A stretch of DNA of 64,000 nt from an uncultured Parcubacteria group bacterium (GCA_947084965.1 CAMTUG010000004.1:87490-151489), one strand, 5' to 3'. Counted from the first letter of the stretch, positions 10,877 to 20,727 are shown. Notes: generated by a model from the sequence alone, not told the origin. Program-made: numbers and translations.

Positions 10877-12403
10877 TTACGCTATGCGTTCATGACGCCC
10901 GAGCAAAACAACAAAGGCCGCGAACATCCACAAGTATACCGCAAGCGAGCGCACTTCGAGGAATGTAGCCAAAAAGGCGTTCAAGGCAACGGCGATCATC
11001 GCCCCAGCAACGCCGAGCGCTATCGCCCGGGTGAAGTCATCGTCAGAGCGTTTATGAACGCGCAAGGCATACACAAACAATCCGAGATAGAGCCAGAGGT
11101 ACAAGGCAAAGCCGATCGTTCCGGTCTCTCCCCACAACGAAAACCAGTTGTTATCGAGGTAGCCTTCACTTCCGTACACACCGAATGGCAGTCCGAGTTG
11201 ATCGTACACTTCTGTGTTACGGAACAAGATCGCCGCACCGCCGCCGTAGGTGCCTGGACCGAACCCGAAAAGCGGCGATGCCGGAATAACCGTCGTCACC
11301 GTTTGGACGATCCAATACAATCGCCCCAGGCCGTAATACTCCCCGCTCCAACGCTCCACACTAAACGCCTCGAAGAATCGTTCAACAAACGTTTGCGACG
11401 GTGTGTCGATTAACTTGCTGACAACGAGCCCCGAGTAAGCAAGATACCCAGCGATGATTGCGGCACAAATGCCTACACCGACCATTACTTTACGATCGCG
11501 TTTGATAATGAGCGCGAGAAATAAAAAGCCGAGGAGGAACCCGAACCAACTTGAACGTGAATAGGTCAGAGCAAGCGCTGGGAGCCCGAGCAAAAAGAGC
11601 CACCATAATTCTTTGCGTTCGGTGCGGATACGCTTTTCATACAGCAAGCCAACACCGATCAACAGGAAAAATCCAAGGAAGGTGCCGAGACGATCGTAGC
11701 GGCCGAGCGTAGCAAAAACGCGCGAACCAGGATCCCAAAACTGCACCGTCCCTTCCGTTAACGTGAATTCACCAAAGGTGCGCGTTTGTGATGGCAACAA
11801 AAAACTATCGAGCGGTGCACCAAGCACGGCTTGGGCGATCCCGATCCCCGCTTGCAATGCGGCGACGGAGAGCATGATCACGACTAAACGTTTGATGTAG
11901 GTACGCGACGGATCCAAAAGCAGGACCGCGTAAAACAAAAGCATATAACGGATGATCTGACGAATCCCGACGATGGCGATCGTCGGATCGACCCAGTTAA
12001 TCACCGCACTTGAAGCGAGAACGACGAGCAAAAGGACGAACGGCAAGTTCATCGGATTTTCGATAACTTTTTTCCCGTCCAAAAAAGCGCGGACGACGGC
12101 GACGGCAAAGATCAAATAAATCAGTGCCTCGGAAAAAACACGGGCGTAAAGATAAATTTCATCCGGGATCCACTTGAGCACGAACGGTTCGAACGGAAGA
12201 AAGACGGAGAGGATGGTTAGTGACGTCAACGGTTTTAGAATCGTCAGCACGATGAAAAAGAGCGCGACCAAACCGCCGAGGACTGTAAGTGGCGAAGTGA
12301 AGACGATCCCGATTGTGCCGATGGCGATGATCGTGAGGGTCAACGCAAAAAGCATCGGCATCTTTTCATCCGATCGTCGATACGCTTCCCGGAGGTTCAC
12401 CAT
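10877..12403 (-). CDS. O-antigen ligase/Wzy-like membrane protein
   Basis: Many TM helices; LTYSRSSW; SPLFGFGPGTY; DNNWFSLWGETGTIG. ATG at 12403 chosen. Confidence 0.85.
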   Translation of the reverse strand: MVNLREAYRRSDEKMPMLFALTLTIIAIGTIGIVFTSPLTVLGGLVALFFIVLTILKPLTSLTILSVFLPFEPFVLKWIPDEIYLYARVFSEALIYLIFAVAVVRAFLDGKKVIENPMNLPFVLLLVVLASSAVINWVDPTIAIVGIRQIIRYMLLFYAVLLLDPSRTYIKRLVVIMLSVAALQAGIGIAQAVLGAPLDSFLLPSQTRTFGEFTLTEGTVQFWDPGSRVFATLGRYDRLGTFLGFFLLIGVGLLYEKRIRTERKELWWLFLLGLPALALTYSRSSWFGFLLGFLFLALIIKRDRKVMVGVGICAAIIAGYLAYSGLVVSKLIDTPSQTFVERFFEAFSVERWSGEYYGLGRLYWIVQTVTTVIPASPLFGFGPGTYGGGAAILFRNTEVYDQLGLPFGVYGSEGYLDNNWFSLWGETGTIGFALYLWLYLGLFVYALRVHKRSDDDFTRAIALGVAGAMIAVALNAFLATFLEVRSLAVYLWMFAAFVVLLGRHERIA

Positions 12404-12422
12404 AGTACGGATATTATAGCAG

Positions 12423-12548
12423 AAATTCCAAACTCCAAGCACCAAATAACAAATAAATCTCAAAGACCAAAACTCAAATCGGTTTTAAACATTGATTCTT
12501 GGATATTGAGACTTATTTGATGCTTGGTGCTTGTGATTTGGTGCTTAA
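12423..12548. repeat. Intergenic inverted array of ACCAAAT/CCAAGCA-type repeats
   Basis: aaattccaaactccaagcaccaaataacaaat ... atttgatgcttggtgcttgtgatttggtgctt. Confidence 0.65.
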
Positions 12549-12553
12549 ATGCG

Positions 12554-12588
12554 AACGCCCCGACTGCCGTAGTGCAGCCGGGGACGTT
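12554..12588 (-). terminator. GC hairpin ending high-GC unit 1
   Basis: aacgccccgactgc-cgtagt-gcagccggggacgtt; GC content falls immediately beyond it. Confidence 0.6.
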
Positions 12589-12614
12589 GTCGCGATTGTG
12601 CCGTAGGGATGGAC

Positions 12615-13718
12615 CTACAGCGAGCAGACGGGCTCGGTCGAGCACGAGGCGACGAACTGGGCCTCACAGCCGCTCCCCGTGGAGATCTCGATGATCTCCA
12701 GGTCGCAGGAGCTGCCGGAGGCGTCGTAGTACACCGCGCTGTGATCCCCGTCGAGCGAGGAGCCCATGCAGGAGTACCGCGTGCTCGAGTACTCGAGCGA
12801 GTAGCGGCCGACGTAGTCGTCGTAGACCTCCTCCACCGTGAAGGACCAGTCCGCGCCGTCGTCCGACACGCTCGCGGTCGCCGAGGTGGTGTCCCACCAG
12901 TCGCCGAAGTCCTCGCAGGCCTCGTCGACCTCGTAGCCCACCGAGGCGCTCGAGCGGGTCGCGCTCGGCGTCACGGTGATGACGACGCAGTCGAAGCAGG
13001 GGGGCTCCTCGGTCTCGGTCGCGGTGTCGGTCTCGGCGGCGGTGTCCTCGGCCGTGTCGGTGTCGGTGTCCTCCTCGGTCGCGGTGTCCGCCGCGACGCC
13101 GGTGTCCTCGGTGATGGCTCCGCTGTCCGAGGCGGCGCCGGTGTCCGTCACGGTGCCGCTGTCGGCCTCCGCGTCGGTGTCCTCGTCGCCCTCGGCGGGC
13201 TCCTCGGTGTCGTCGGCCTCGGGGGCGCCGGTGTCGGTCTCGGTCTCGGAGCCGGTGTCGTCGGACGCGGGGATGTCGTCGCGGTTGAGGGGGTTCGAGC
13301 CCGCCTCGACCTCTTCCCCGTCGCTGTAGCCGTCGCCGTCGGTGTCCGAGTCGTACTTCTCCGTGCCGAGCTCGTTCTCCTCCGCGTCGGTCAGGCCGTC
13401 GCGGTCGGAGTCGGGGCTCTCCTCCTCGGGCTCCTCGGCGGCGGTGTCGACGGGCTCCTCGACCGGCTCCTCGATGTCGGTGTCCTCGGCCGGGTCGTCC
13501 GTGTCCTCCTCGGGCTCCTCGGTCTCGGAGTCGTCGCCTTCGGGGACCTCCTCCGCCTCCTCCTCCATCGGCACGCCGGTGTCGCTGATCACCCCGGTGT
13601 CGTCGGCCTCGGGGCTCTTGGCGCCCTCGATGACCATGGTGAAGTTGTCACAGCCGACGGAGAAGAGCGCGGCGAGGGTGGTCAGGACCGCTGACCGCGG
13701 GATCGTGAACAGTCGCAT
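12615..13718 (-). CDS. High-GC acidic lipoprotein with thrombospondin type-3-like Ca-binding repeat and Cys-rich C-terminal domain
   Basis: Lipobox-like FSVGC; DSDRDGLTDAEE..GT...SDTDGDGYSDGEEV; SD GGAGGT upstream. Confidence 0.75.
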   Translation of the reverse strand: MRLFTIPRSAVLTTLAALFSVGCDNFTMVIEGAKSPEADDTGVISDTGVPMEEEAEEVPEGDDSETEEPEEDTDDPAEDTDIEEPVEEPVDTAAEEPEEESPDSDRDGLTDAEENELGTEKYDSDTDGDGYSDGEEVEAGSNPLNRDDIPASDDTGSETETDTGAPEADDTEEPAEGDEDTDAEADSGTVTDTGAASDSGAITEDTGVAADTATEEDTDTDTAEDTAAETDTATETEEPPCFDCVVITVTPSATRSSASVGYEVDEACEDFGDWWDTTSATASVSDDGADWSFTVEEVYDDYVGRYSLEYSSTRYSCMGSSLDGDHSAVYYDASGSSCDLEIIEISTGSGCEAQFVASCSTEPVCSL

Positions 13719-13829
13719 TGGACCTCCAGTTTGCGTGAGAAACGTTCCGCGGTGTCCAGCCGCAAAACGCAGGGAACGGGCTTGTGGCCCGGTTAGCTTG
13801 GGTTCAAAACCCGGGGGAGCGAACGTCGA

Positions 13830-13858
13830 AATATAGCATATTTTAGCCCTTTTGTCAA
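13830..13858 (-). promoter_or_regulatory. Sigma70-type promoter of high-GC unit 1
   Basis: Minus strand TTGACA-17 nt-TATATT with extended TG. Confidence 0.75.
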
Positions 13859-13911
13859 TGGTATAACGCTAGAATTAGCCTAAAAATAGGCAAAAACATA
13901 GTACTGGCCAC

Positions 13912-14695
13912 GATACCGGCTTCAGAAGCCGGTATCAGGAGGACATAAGTTAGAAACCGGAACAAAATCCAGGTACAATAAAAAAACTATGGCAATCACA
14001 AGGGACTTCAACTCGGGTAGCTATTACCACGTTTATAATCGAACCGTAGTTGGTACAAAACTTTTTAGATCATTTGCTGACCACCAACGTTTTTATGAAA
14101 ATCTTTACGTGTTTAACAATGCGAACTACCGTCATCGTGGTGGTGACCCAAGACGCGCCTACTATGAACTTGCAACTGCTGAAATTAACCGTGCACCCCT
14201 CGTTGAAATCGAATGTTTTATCCTCATGCCAGACCACTATCACTTAGTTCTCAAACAGCTACAAGAAAATGGCATATCGAAATTCATGCACCGACTAAGC
14301 ATGGGTTATGCAAACTATCTGAATCTAAAATATCAACGAACGGGACACGTTTTCGAAACAAAGTTCAAGGCGAGGCCGGTCGATGAACAGGAGCATTTCG
14401 ATCACTTACCACGTTATATTCATCTCAATGCCCTCGATCATAAATTGCCGGGCTGGAGAAATGGTTCGATCTCAGATTGGGCGCTGGCAAAAGCGATTCT
14501 CGATTCCTATCCATGGTCGAGTCATCATGTTTATTCAGGCTATGGACAGTCATTTGAAGTAATTAACGAGTCATTTGCTCGTGCTCGCTACCCTTCACCA
14601 AAGGACTACTTTACCGATCTACAAAACTGGTCAGGTCGATCAACCCTATCAAAACTTGATTCGTATTTCTGATACCGGCTTCTGAAGCCGGTATC
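13912..14695 (+). mobile_element. RAYT/Y1 transposase module bounded by 25-bp palindromes
   Basis: gataccggcttcagaagccggtatc (13912-13936) and its reverse complement (14671-14695) flank the low-GC ORF. Confidence 0.8.
13989..14672 (+). CDS. REP-associated tyrosine transposase (HUH, Y1_Tnp)
   Basis: YYHVYNR; LMPDHYHL (HUH); RYIHLN (catalytic Tyr); YPWSS. Confidence 0.9.
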   Translation: MAITRDFNSGSYYHVYNRTVVGTKLFRSFADHQRFYENLYVFNNANYRHRGGDPRRAYYELATAEINRAPLVEIECFILMPDHYHLVLKQLQENGISKFMHRLSMGYANYLNLKYQRTGHVFETKFKARPVDEQEHFDHLPRYIHLNALDHKLPGWRNGSISDWALAKAILDSYPWSSHHVYSGYGQSFEVINESFARARYPSPKDYFTDLQNWSGRSTLSKLDSYF

Positions 14696-14712
14696 ATCTT
14701 TTTAAACGCGAA

Positions 14713-14740
14713 GACGCCCACGGAAGTTGTCCGTGGGCGC
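14713..14740 (-). terminator. GC hairpin ending high-GC unit 2
   Basis: gacgcccacgga-agttg-tccgtgggcgc. Confidence 0.6.
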
Positions 14741-14788
14741 CGCTCGGGGGCTCGAGTGTCGGCTCGAGCCGTTGTCGTGCCGGTGGGG

Positions 14789-17700
14789 CTAGATCCCCTG
14801 CCAGGCGTAGGTGGTCGCGGAGCTCTCGAAGATCTCCACGTCGCGGGTGTTGGCCGAGAAGACCGCGTTCAGCCAGCACTGCGGCGTCGTGCCCGTCGAG
14901 CCGTCGATCACGAAGAGGGAGAAGACCCCGTCCGTGATCGTGAAGCTGTAGGACCCGGTGCCGGTGTAGGGCAGGTACTGCATCGCCCCGCCGGCCGAGT
15001 AGTCGATGACCCCGATCTGGTCGCCCGAGGTGAGGGTCATCGCCGAGGTGCAGTCGATCAGCGAGCTCGGGTCATCCAGGCCGCCCGAGAGGGTGAGGAC
15101 CAGGAAGCCGCCGCTCGCGACACCGTCCACGGTGAAGAGGCAGGTCGCCTCGTCCACGACCCCGTCGCAGTCGTTGTCGACGCCGTCGTCGCAGGTTTCG
15201 GCCGCGTCGGGGTTGCTGAGCGCGAGACTGTCCTCGCAGTCGTCCCCGCCGCAGGCCTCGCTCACGAGGCCGTCGCCGTCCTCGTCGTCCTCGCAGGTCC
15301 CGGTGTCGCCGCCCGAGTCGCCGGTGTCGGAGGTCTCGCAGACCTCCTCGTCGACGTCACCGTCGCAGTCGTCGTCGAGGGTGTTGCAGTACTCCTCGGC
15401 GCCGGGGTAGCTGGTGCGCTGGTTGTCGTCGCAGTCGGTCGCGTCGGCGACGTAGCCGCTGGGCTGGTCGCAGGCCGCGGTGGCGGTGGCGGTCTCGTCG
15501 CCGAAGCCGTCGCCGTCGCCGTCCGGGTACCAGTCGCTGTCGTCGATCGCGTCGTCCTCGTCGACTTCGCCGTCGCAGTCGTCGTCCTGGCCGTTGCAGA
15601 ACTCGTCGGCGCCGGGGTAGCTGTCGTCGTCGCCGTCGTCGCAGTCCTCGCAGGCCGCGAAGCCGTCGAGGTCGGCGTCGTCGTACATCACCGAGCCGTC
15701 GCAGTTGTAGTCCGTGGGGTCGGTGCAGTCCGACTCGTCCGCGCCCGGGTTGTAGAGCGCGTCGCCGTCGTCGCAGTCGCCGCCGATCGCGACGTAGCCG
15801 CTCGGCGCGTCGCAGGCGATCTGGGTGACGCTGTCGTCACCGTACTCGTCGTCGTCCGCGTCCGCGTACCACGTCCCCGCGTCGATCGCGTCGTTCTCGT
15901 CGACGTCACCGTCGCAGTCGTCGTCGAGGCCGTTGCAGGTCTCGGTCGCGGCAGGACTCACGTCGACGTTGCCGTCGTCGCAGTCGCCGTCGTTCTCGGA
16001 GTACCCGTCGCCGTCCTCGTCGGAGGCGTCGGTCCCCTGGTCGACGTTGCCATCGCAGTCGTCGTCGAGGCCGTTCTCGATCTCCTCGGCGCCCGGGTAG
16101 GTCGTGCGCTGGTTGTCGTCGCAGTCGGTCGCGTCGGCGACGTAGCCGCTGGGCTGGTCGCAGGCCGCGGTGGCGGTGGCGGTCTCGTCGCCGAAGCCGT
16201 CGCCGTCGCCGTCCGGGTACCAGTCGCTGGCGTCCTCGTCGACCGTCCCGTCGCAGTCCCGGTCCACCCCGTCCTCGCAGTCCTGCGGGGCGTCGGGGTT
16301 GGTGCGGAACACGCTGTCGTCGCAGTCGCCGTCGTCCTCGGTCCAGCCGTCACCGTCGTCGTCGTAGGAGTCGGTGTTGTTGTCCACGACCCCGTCGCAG
16401 TCGTCGTCGGCGCCGTTGACGTACTCGGTCGCACCCGGGTGGGTGCTGCGGTCGAGGTCGGCGCAGTCGCCGTCGCACTCGGTGTAGCCGTCGCCGTCCG
16501 CGTCGACCATGTCGCCCGGGTCGCTGTCGTCGCAGTCGCTCCAGTCGTCGACGTAGCCGGTGGGCGCGTCGCACTCGATGTCCATGACGCTCGCGTCGCC
16601 GTAGCCGTCGCCGTCCGCGTCCGCGTACCAGGTCGAGGCGTCGATCGCCTCGTCCTCGTCGACGTCACCGTCGCAGTCGTCGTCGACCTCGTTGCAGGAC
16701 TCCGCCTCGGCGGGGCTCACCGAGGAGTCGAGGTCGTCGCAGTCGTCGTCGTTCTCGACGTAGCCGGTGGGGAGCGAGCAGGCGGCGTGGGTGTTGCCCG
16801 CGTCGCCGTAGCTGTCCCGATCGAGGTCCGCGTACCAGGTCGAGGCGTCGATCGCCTCGTCCTCGTCGACGTCACCGTCGCAGTCGTTGTCGATCGTGTC
16901 GCAGATCTCGCTGTCGGCGGGCGAGATCGCGGCGTCGTCGTCGTCGCAGTCGTTGGCGTCGGCGACGTAGCCGCTCGGCTGGTTGCAGGCGTAGTCGATC
17001 GCGTCCTCGTTGCCGAAGCCGTCGCCGTCCGCGTCCGCGTACCAGGTCGAGGCGTCGATCGCCTCGTCCTCGTCGACCGTGCCGTCGCAGTTGTCGTCGA
17101 CCTCGTTGCAGGTCTCGAGCTCGCCCGGGTTGACGCTCGCGTCGGTGTCGTCGCAGTCGGTGGCGTCGACGACGTACCCCGCGGGGATGGTGCAGGAGGT
17201 GAGCGCGTTGTCCACGTCGCCGTAGCCGTCGCCGTCCACGTCGCCGAAGAAGTCGATCGCGTCCACCGCGTCGTCCTCGTCCACGATCGCGTCGCAGTCG
17301 TCGTCCACGCCGTTGCAGGACTCGGACTGGCCGACGAAGATCTCGGCGTCGAGGTCGTAGCAGTCGCGGCTGTCGGTCACGTAGCCGTCCGGCTGGCTGC
17401 AGGCCTCGACGGGCGCGTTCAGGTCGCCCTGGCCGTCGCCGTCGAGGTCGGCGTAGAAGGTCGAGGTCACGCCCTCGTCGACCGTGCCGTTGCAGTTGTC
17501 GTCGCGGTCGTTGCAGGCCTCGGTCGCGCCGGGGTTGACGTCGGCGTCCCCGTCGTCGCAGTCGCTGTCGTCGGCGACGTAGTGGCTCGGCGCCACGCAG
17601 TCGTCGATCGCGTCCGCGGAGTCGCCGTAGCCGTCCTGGTCGAGGTCGGCGTACCAGGTCCCGAGGGCGTTCTCGTCGACCGTGCCGTTGCAGTTGTCGT

Positions 17701-17977
17701 CGCGGTCGTTGCAGGCCTCGGTCGCGCCGGGGTTGACGTCGGCGTCCCCGTCGTCGCAGTCGCCGTCGTTCTCCGAGTACCCGTCGCCGTCGTTGTCGAC
17801 CTCGTCGGGATCCGGCTGGTCGATGTTGACGCCGGTGTCGTTGATCGGGTCCTGGAACCCGATCGTCTCGCAGCCGGCGAGGGTGAGGGTGATGAGCAGC
17901 CCGCCGATCTTGGCGCGGGTGCTCGAGGAGGCGGCCTTGCGGACGCCGGACTTCTTGGTGAGACGGAACAGGTTCAT
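14789..17977 (-). CDS. High-GC lipoprotein with many putative metal-binding (MopE-related) DCDD..PG..E.CNG.DDDCDG repeats
   Basis: Lipobox LAGC; tandem Cys/Asp repeats with WYADADGDG; SD AGGAGG. Confidence 0.85.
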   Translation of the reverse strand: MNLFRLTKKSGVRKAASSSTRAKIGGLLITLTLAGCETIGFQDPINDTGVNIDQPDPDEVDNDGDGYSENDGDCDDGDADVNPGATEACNDRDDNCNGTVDENALGTWYADLDQDGYGDSADAIDDCVAPSHYVADDSDCDDGDADVNPGATEACNDRDDNCNGTVDEGVTSTFYADLDGDGQGDLNAPVEACSQPDGYVTDSRDCYDLDAEIFVGQSESCNGVDDDCDAIVDEDDAVDAIDFFGDVDGDGYGDVDNALTSCTIPAGYVVDATDCDDTDASVNPGELETCNEVDDNCDGTVDEDEAIDASTWYADADGDGFGNEDAIDYACNQPSGYVADANDCDDDDAAISPADSEICDTIDNDCDGDVDEDEAIDASTWYADLDRDSYGDAGNTHAACSLPTGYVENDDDCDDLDSSVSPAEAESCNEVDDDCDGDVDEDEAIDASTWYADADGDGYGDASVMDIECDAPTGYVDDWSDCDDSDPGDMVDADGDGYTECDGDCADLDRSTHPGATEYVNGADDDCDGVVDNNTDSYDDDGDGWTEDDGDCDDSVFRTNPDAPQDCEDGVDRDCDGTVDEDASDWYPDGDGDGFGDETATATAACDQPSGYVADATDCDDNQRTTYPGAEEIENGLDDDCDGNVDQGTDASDEDGDGYSENDGDCDDGNVDVSPAATETCNGLDDDCDGDVDENDAIDAGTWYADADDDEYGDDSVTQIACDAPSGYVAIGGDCDDGDALYNPGADESDCTDPTDYNCDGSVMYDDADLDGFAACEDCDDGDDDSYPGADEFCNGQDDDCDGEVDEDDAIDDSDWYPDGDGDGFGDETATATAACDQPSGYVADATDCDDNQRTSYPGAEEYCNTLDDDCDGDVDEEVCETSDTGDSGGDTGTCEDDEDGDGLVSEACGGDDCEDSLALSNPDAAETCDDGVDNDCDGVVDEATCLFTVDGVASGGFLVLTLSGGLDDPSSLIDCTSAMTLTSGDQIGVIDYSAGGAMQYLPYTGTGSYSFTITDGVFSLFVIDGSTGTTPQCWLNAVFSANTRDVEIFESSATTYAWQGI

Positions 17978-18138
17978 CCTGTCCTCCTGTGGTTGGGGGT
18001 CTACTTCTCTCGGACACTTCTCCGTCGTCAGGCCGACGGAGCACTAGAACACAAAAAGAGCTACGCGTTGCGTTTCCGCCTGATCCCCTCCCCATCAGTC
18101 GAAAACGACGCTAAAAATAGGCAAAATCACGGCCTGTG

Positions 18139-18167
18139 TTTTTATCACTTTTGCCCAAGAATGTCAA
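18139..18167 (-). promoter_or_regulatory. Promoter of high-GC unit 2
   Basis: TTGACA-17 nt-TAAAAA with upstream TG; the -10 is imperfect. Confidence 0.5.
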
Positions 18168-18183
18168 GAAATCGCTAACGAAA

Positions 18184-18308
18184 TCTTTAAAAGTCGATGC
18201 GGTGTCGGTGCGTGGGGTGCCAGCCTCTGAGACGTACCCAAAATGTATGGCGAAGAAGTGGCAGGGACCCGCAAACCGGCAGATCGCAAATTCTGTACGT
18301 TTTAAAAA
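18184..18308. repeat. Structured intergenic repeat, related to 31318-31436
   Basis: Shared blocks gcgtggg, ctctgagacgta, gcagggaccc, gcagatcg. Confidence 0.6.
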
Positions 18309-18311
18309 GCG

Positions 18312-18342
18312 TGATGCCCTCGGGAGTGTCCCAAGGGCATCA
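18312..18342 (-). terminator. GC hairpin ending high-GC unit 3
   Basis: tgatgccctcggga-gtg-tcccaagggcatca, followed by a T-run on the minus strand. Confidence 0.65.
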
Positions 18343-18369
18343 GAGCGTCGATCTACCCGGCCCGGTTGA

Positions 18370-20727
18370 TCAGTAGGCCTCGCGCAGCGAGAACTGGTCG
18401 AAGAGGTAGTCGCCGGATTCGAATCCGAGGCAGAGCGTATGATCCGCCTCGGTGGCGGTGAAGATCCAGGCGTACTCCTGCCAGGACGTCGTGGCGGCCG
18501 CCATCGTGTCGTCGTAGTCCCCGTCGCTCGCGCTCGGGGTGAGGTCGACAGTCGAACCGATCGAGCTCGTCTCGATCCAGGCGACTCCGAAGGAGAGCGA
18601 GGAGGCCGTCGTCGTCCGGTAGACGAAGGCGATCTCGTAGTCGACCCCGACCGTGAAGCCGGAGAACTCGGTGCAGACCCCGGCCTGGTACCAGTCCGAC
18701 GAGGTCGCCACGCTGACCTCCATGAAGTAGTCGTGGGACCCGACCGACGTGGTGTACACGTACGACGAGCTCTCCGAGTACCCGAGAGTGATGGCGTAGC
18801 TGCCCCAGGCGGTCCTGACCGCGGCCCAAACCGAACTGGGATCGCTGTCGATCGCCCCGTCCGTGAAGAAGCTCGAGCCCGTCGCCACGTAGCCCGTCCC
18901 GCTGACGCAGACCGTGGTGTCCTCGAAGTCCCAGAGGCCGTTGCAGTCGTTGTCGACCAGGTCGTAGCACTCGTGACCAGTTCCCCAGTCGTCCTCGGCG
19001 GTGTGAGCCGGGGACGCGGCCGCGGTGGTGTCGTCGCAGTCGCCGCCGGTCGTGACGTACCCCGAGAGGGTCGAACACGTGGTGGTGCCGGTGGACGAAT
19101 CGCCGTAGCCGTCGCCGTCCTCGTCGAGGTAGTAGGTGGTGCCCGCCCCCTCGTCGATCGTCCCGTCGCAGTCCTCGTCCATCCCGTCGCAGTTCTCGGT
19201 CGCGCCAGGGTAGACCCCGCTCGCGGCGTCGTTGCAGTCGCCGGCGTCCTCGGTGTAGCCGTCGCTGTCGTCGTCGTAGCAGGACGTCGTCTCATCGATC
19301 GTCCCGTCGCAGTCCTCGTCCACGCCGTCGCAGGACTCGCTCGCGCCGGGGCTCACGTCGGCGTCGCTGTCGTTGCAGTCACCGCCGGTTTCGGTGTACC
19401 CGTCGCCGTCGTCGTCGTAGAGCGAGGTCCCCTCGTCGACGATCCCGTCGCAGTCGTCGTCCACCAGGTTGGCGGACTCGGTGCCGCTCGGGTTGACCGT
19501 CGCATCGCTGTCGTCGCAGTCATCGTCGTTCTCGACGTAGCCGGCGGGGAGCGCGCAGGCGGCGAGCGTGCTGTCCGGGTCGCCGTAGCTGTCGCCGTCG
19601 TAGTCGCGGTAGTAGACGTTGGCCGTGAGGCCGTCGTCCACCGTCCCGTCGCAGTCGTCGTCCACGCCGTTGCAGGACTCGGTCGCCGAGGTGTTGACCG
19701 CCGCGTCGCCGTCGTTGCAGTCGCCGGCGCAGGTGGTCTCCCCGTCGCCGTCGCTGTCGACATCTTCGTCGATCGTGCCGTCGCAGTCCTCGTCGATCGT
19801 GCCGTCGCAGACTTCGCTCGCGCCGGGGTTGACCGCCGCGTCGCCGTCGTCGCAGTCCGACTCGCAGACCATGTACCCGTCGCGGTCGTCGTCCGCCTCG
19901 TCGCTTCCGGCGCTGCCATCGCAGTCGTCGTCCACGCCGTTGCAGGACTCGGTCGCGTCCGGGTTGACCGCCGCGTCGCCGTCGTTGCAGTCGTCGGCGT
20001 TGTCGGCGTAGCCGGTCGGCAGGTCGCAGGCCTCGGCCGGGACGAGCTCGTTGCCGAACCCATCGCCGTCCGCGTCCTCGTACCAGGTCGGCATGTCCAC
20101 GGCGTCCTCGTCGACCTCCCCGTCGCAGTCGTTGTCGACGTCGTCGCAGAGCTCATCGAGGTCGGGGGCGGCGGCGACGTTGCCGTCGTCGCAGTCCCCG
20201 GCGCAGGTCGTCCAGCCGTCGCCGTCCGCGTCCACGTCCTCGTTGATCTCCCCGTCGCAGTCGTTGTCGATCTCGTCCTCGCAGCTCTCCTCGAGTCCGG
20301 GGCTCGCGGTCGACAGGGCGTCGTCGCAGTCCCCGTCGCACTCGGTGTAGCCGTCGCTGTCGTCGTCGACCATGTCGCCGGCCGTGGTGTCGTCGCAGTC
20401 GCCCGCGACGGCCACGAAGCTGGTCGGCTGGTCGCAGGCGATCTCGGTGGTGGCTTCGTCGCCGTAGCCATCGCCGTCCGCGTCCGCGTACCAGGTCGGC
20501 ATGTCGATGGCGTCCTCGTCGATCTCGCCGTCGCAGTCGTCGTCGAGGTCGTTGCAGACCTCGTCGGTCGGGACGCAGCCGGAATCGGTGTCGGTGTCCG
20601 TGTCCGTATCGGTGTCCGTATCGGTGTCCGTGTCCGTGTCGGTGTCGGCGTCACCCGAATCACCAACGATGGTAGACTTGCCGAGGGTCAGCTCAGCGAG
20701 GCAGGCCATGAGGGTCAGTAGCAACAT
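18370..20727 (-). CDS. High-GC lipoprotein with DT tract, MopE-related Cys/Asp repeats and C-terminal carbohydrate-binding-like beta domain
   Basis: MLLLTLMAC (very short lipoprotein signal); SD GGAG before ATG 20727; repeats as in the 14789 gene. Confidence 0.82.
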   Translation of the reverse strand: MLLLTLMACLAELTLGKSTIVGDSGDADTDTDTDTDTDTDTDTDTDTDSGCVPTDEVCNDLDDDCDGEIDEDAIDMPTWYADADGDGYGDEATTEIACDQPTSFVAVAGDCDDTTAGDMVDDDSDGYTECDGDCDDALSTASPGLEESCEDEIDNDCDGEINEDVDADGDGWTTCAGDCDDGNVAAAPDLDELCDDVDNDCDGEVDEDAVDMPTWYEDADGDGFGNELVPAEACDLPTGYADNADDCNDGDAAVNPDATESCNGVDDDCDGSAGSDEADDDRDGYMVCESDCDDGDAAVNPGASEVCDGTIDEDCDGTIDEDVDSDGDGETTCAGDCNDGDAAVNTSATESCNGVDDDCDGTVDDGLTANVYYRDYDGDSYGDPDSTLAACALPAGYVENDDDCDDSDATVNPSGTESANLVDDDCDGIVDEGTSLYDDDGDGYTETGGDCNDSDADVSPGASESCDGVDEDCDGTIDETTSCYDDDSDGYTEDAGDCNDAASGVYPGATENCDGMDEDCDGTIDEGAGTTYYLDEDGDGYGDSSTGTTTCSTLSGYVTTGGDCDDTTAAASPAHTAEDDWGTGHECYDLVDNDCNGLWDFEDTTVCVSGTGYVATGSSFFTDGAIDSDPSSVWAAVRTAWGSYAITLGYSESSSYVYTTSVGSHDYFMEVSVATSSDWYQAGVCTEFSGFTVGVDYEIAFVYRTTTASSLSFGVAWIETSSIGSTVDLTPSASDGDYDDTMAAATTSWQEYAWIFTATEADHTLCLGFESGDYLFDQFSLREAY

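Noticed and set aside
12609-13694. 361-aa + strand ORF, and similar shadows at 20955, 22145, 38006 and 45959
   Set aside because: Mirror frames of better-supported genes on the opposite strand.
14756-20721. Very long + strand ORFs (1140 aa, 760 aa) and alternative-frame Arg- or Thr-rich ORFs
   Set aside because: Antisense or frame shadows of high-GC3 repeat genes; V/A/R-rich composition, no SD or promoter.
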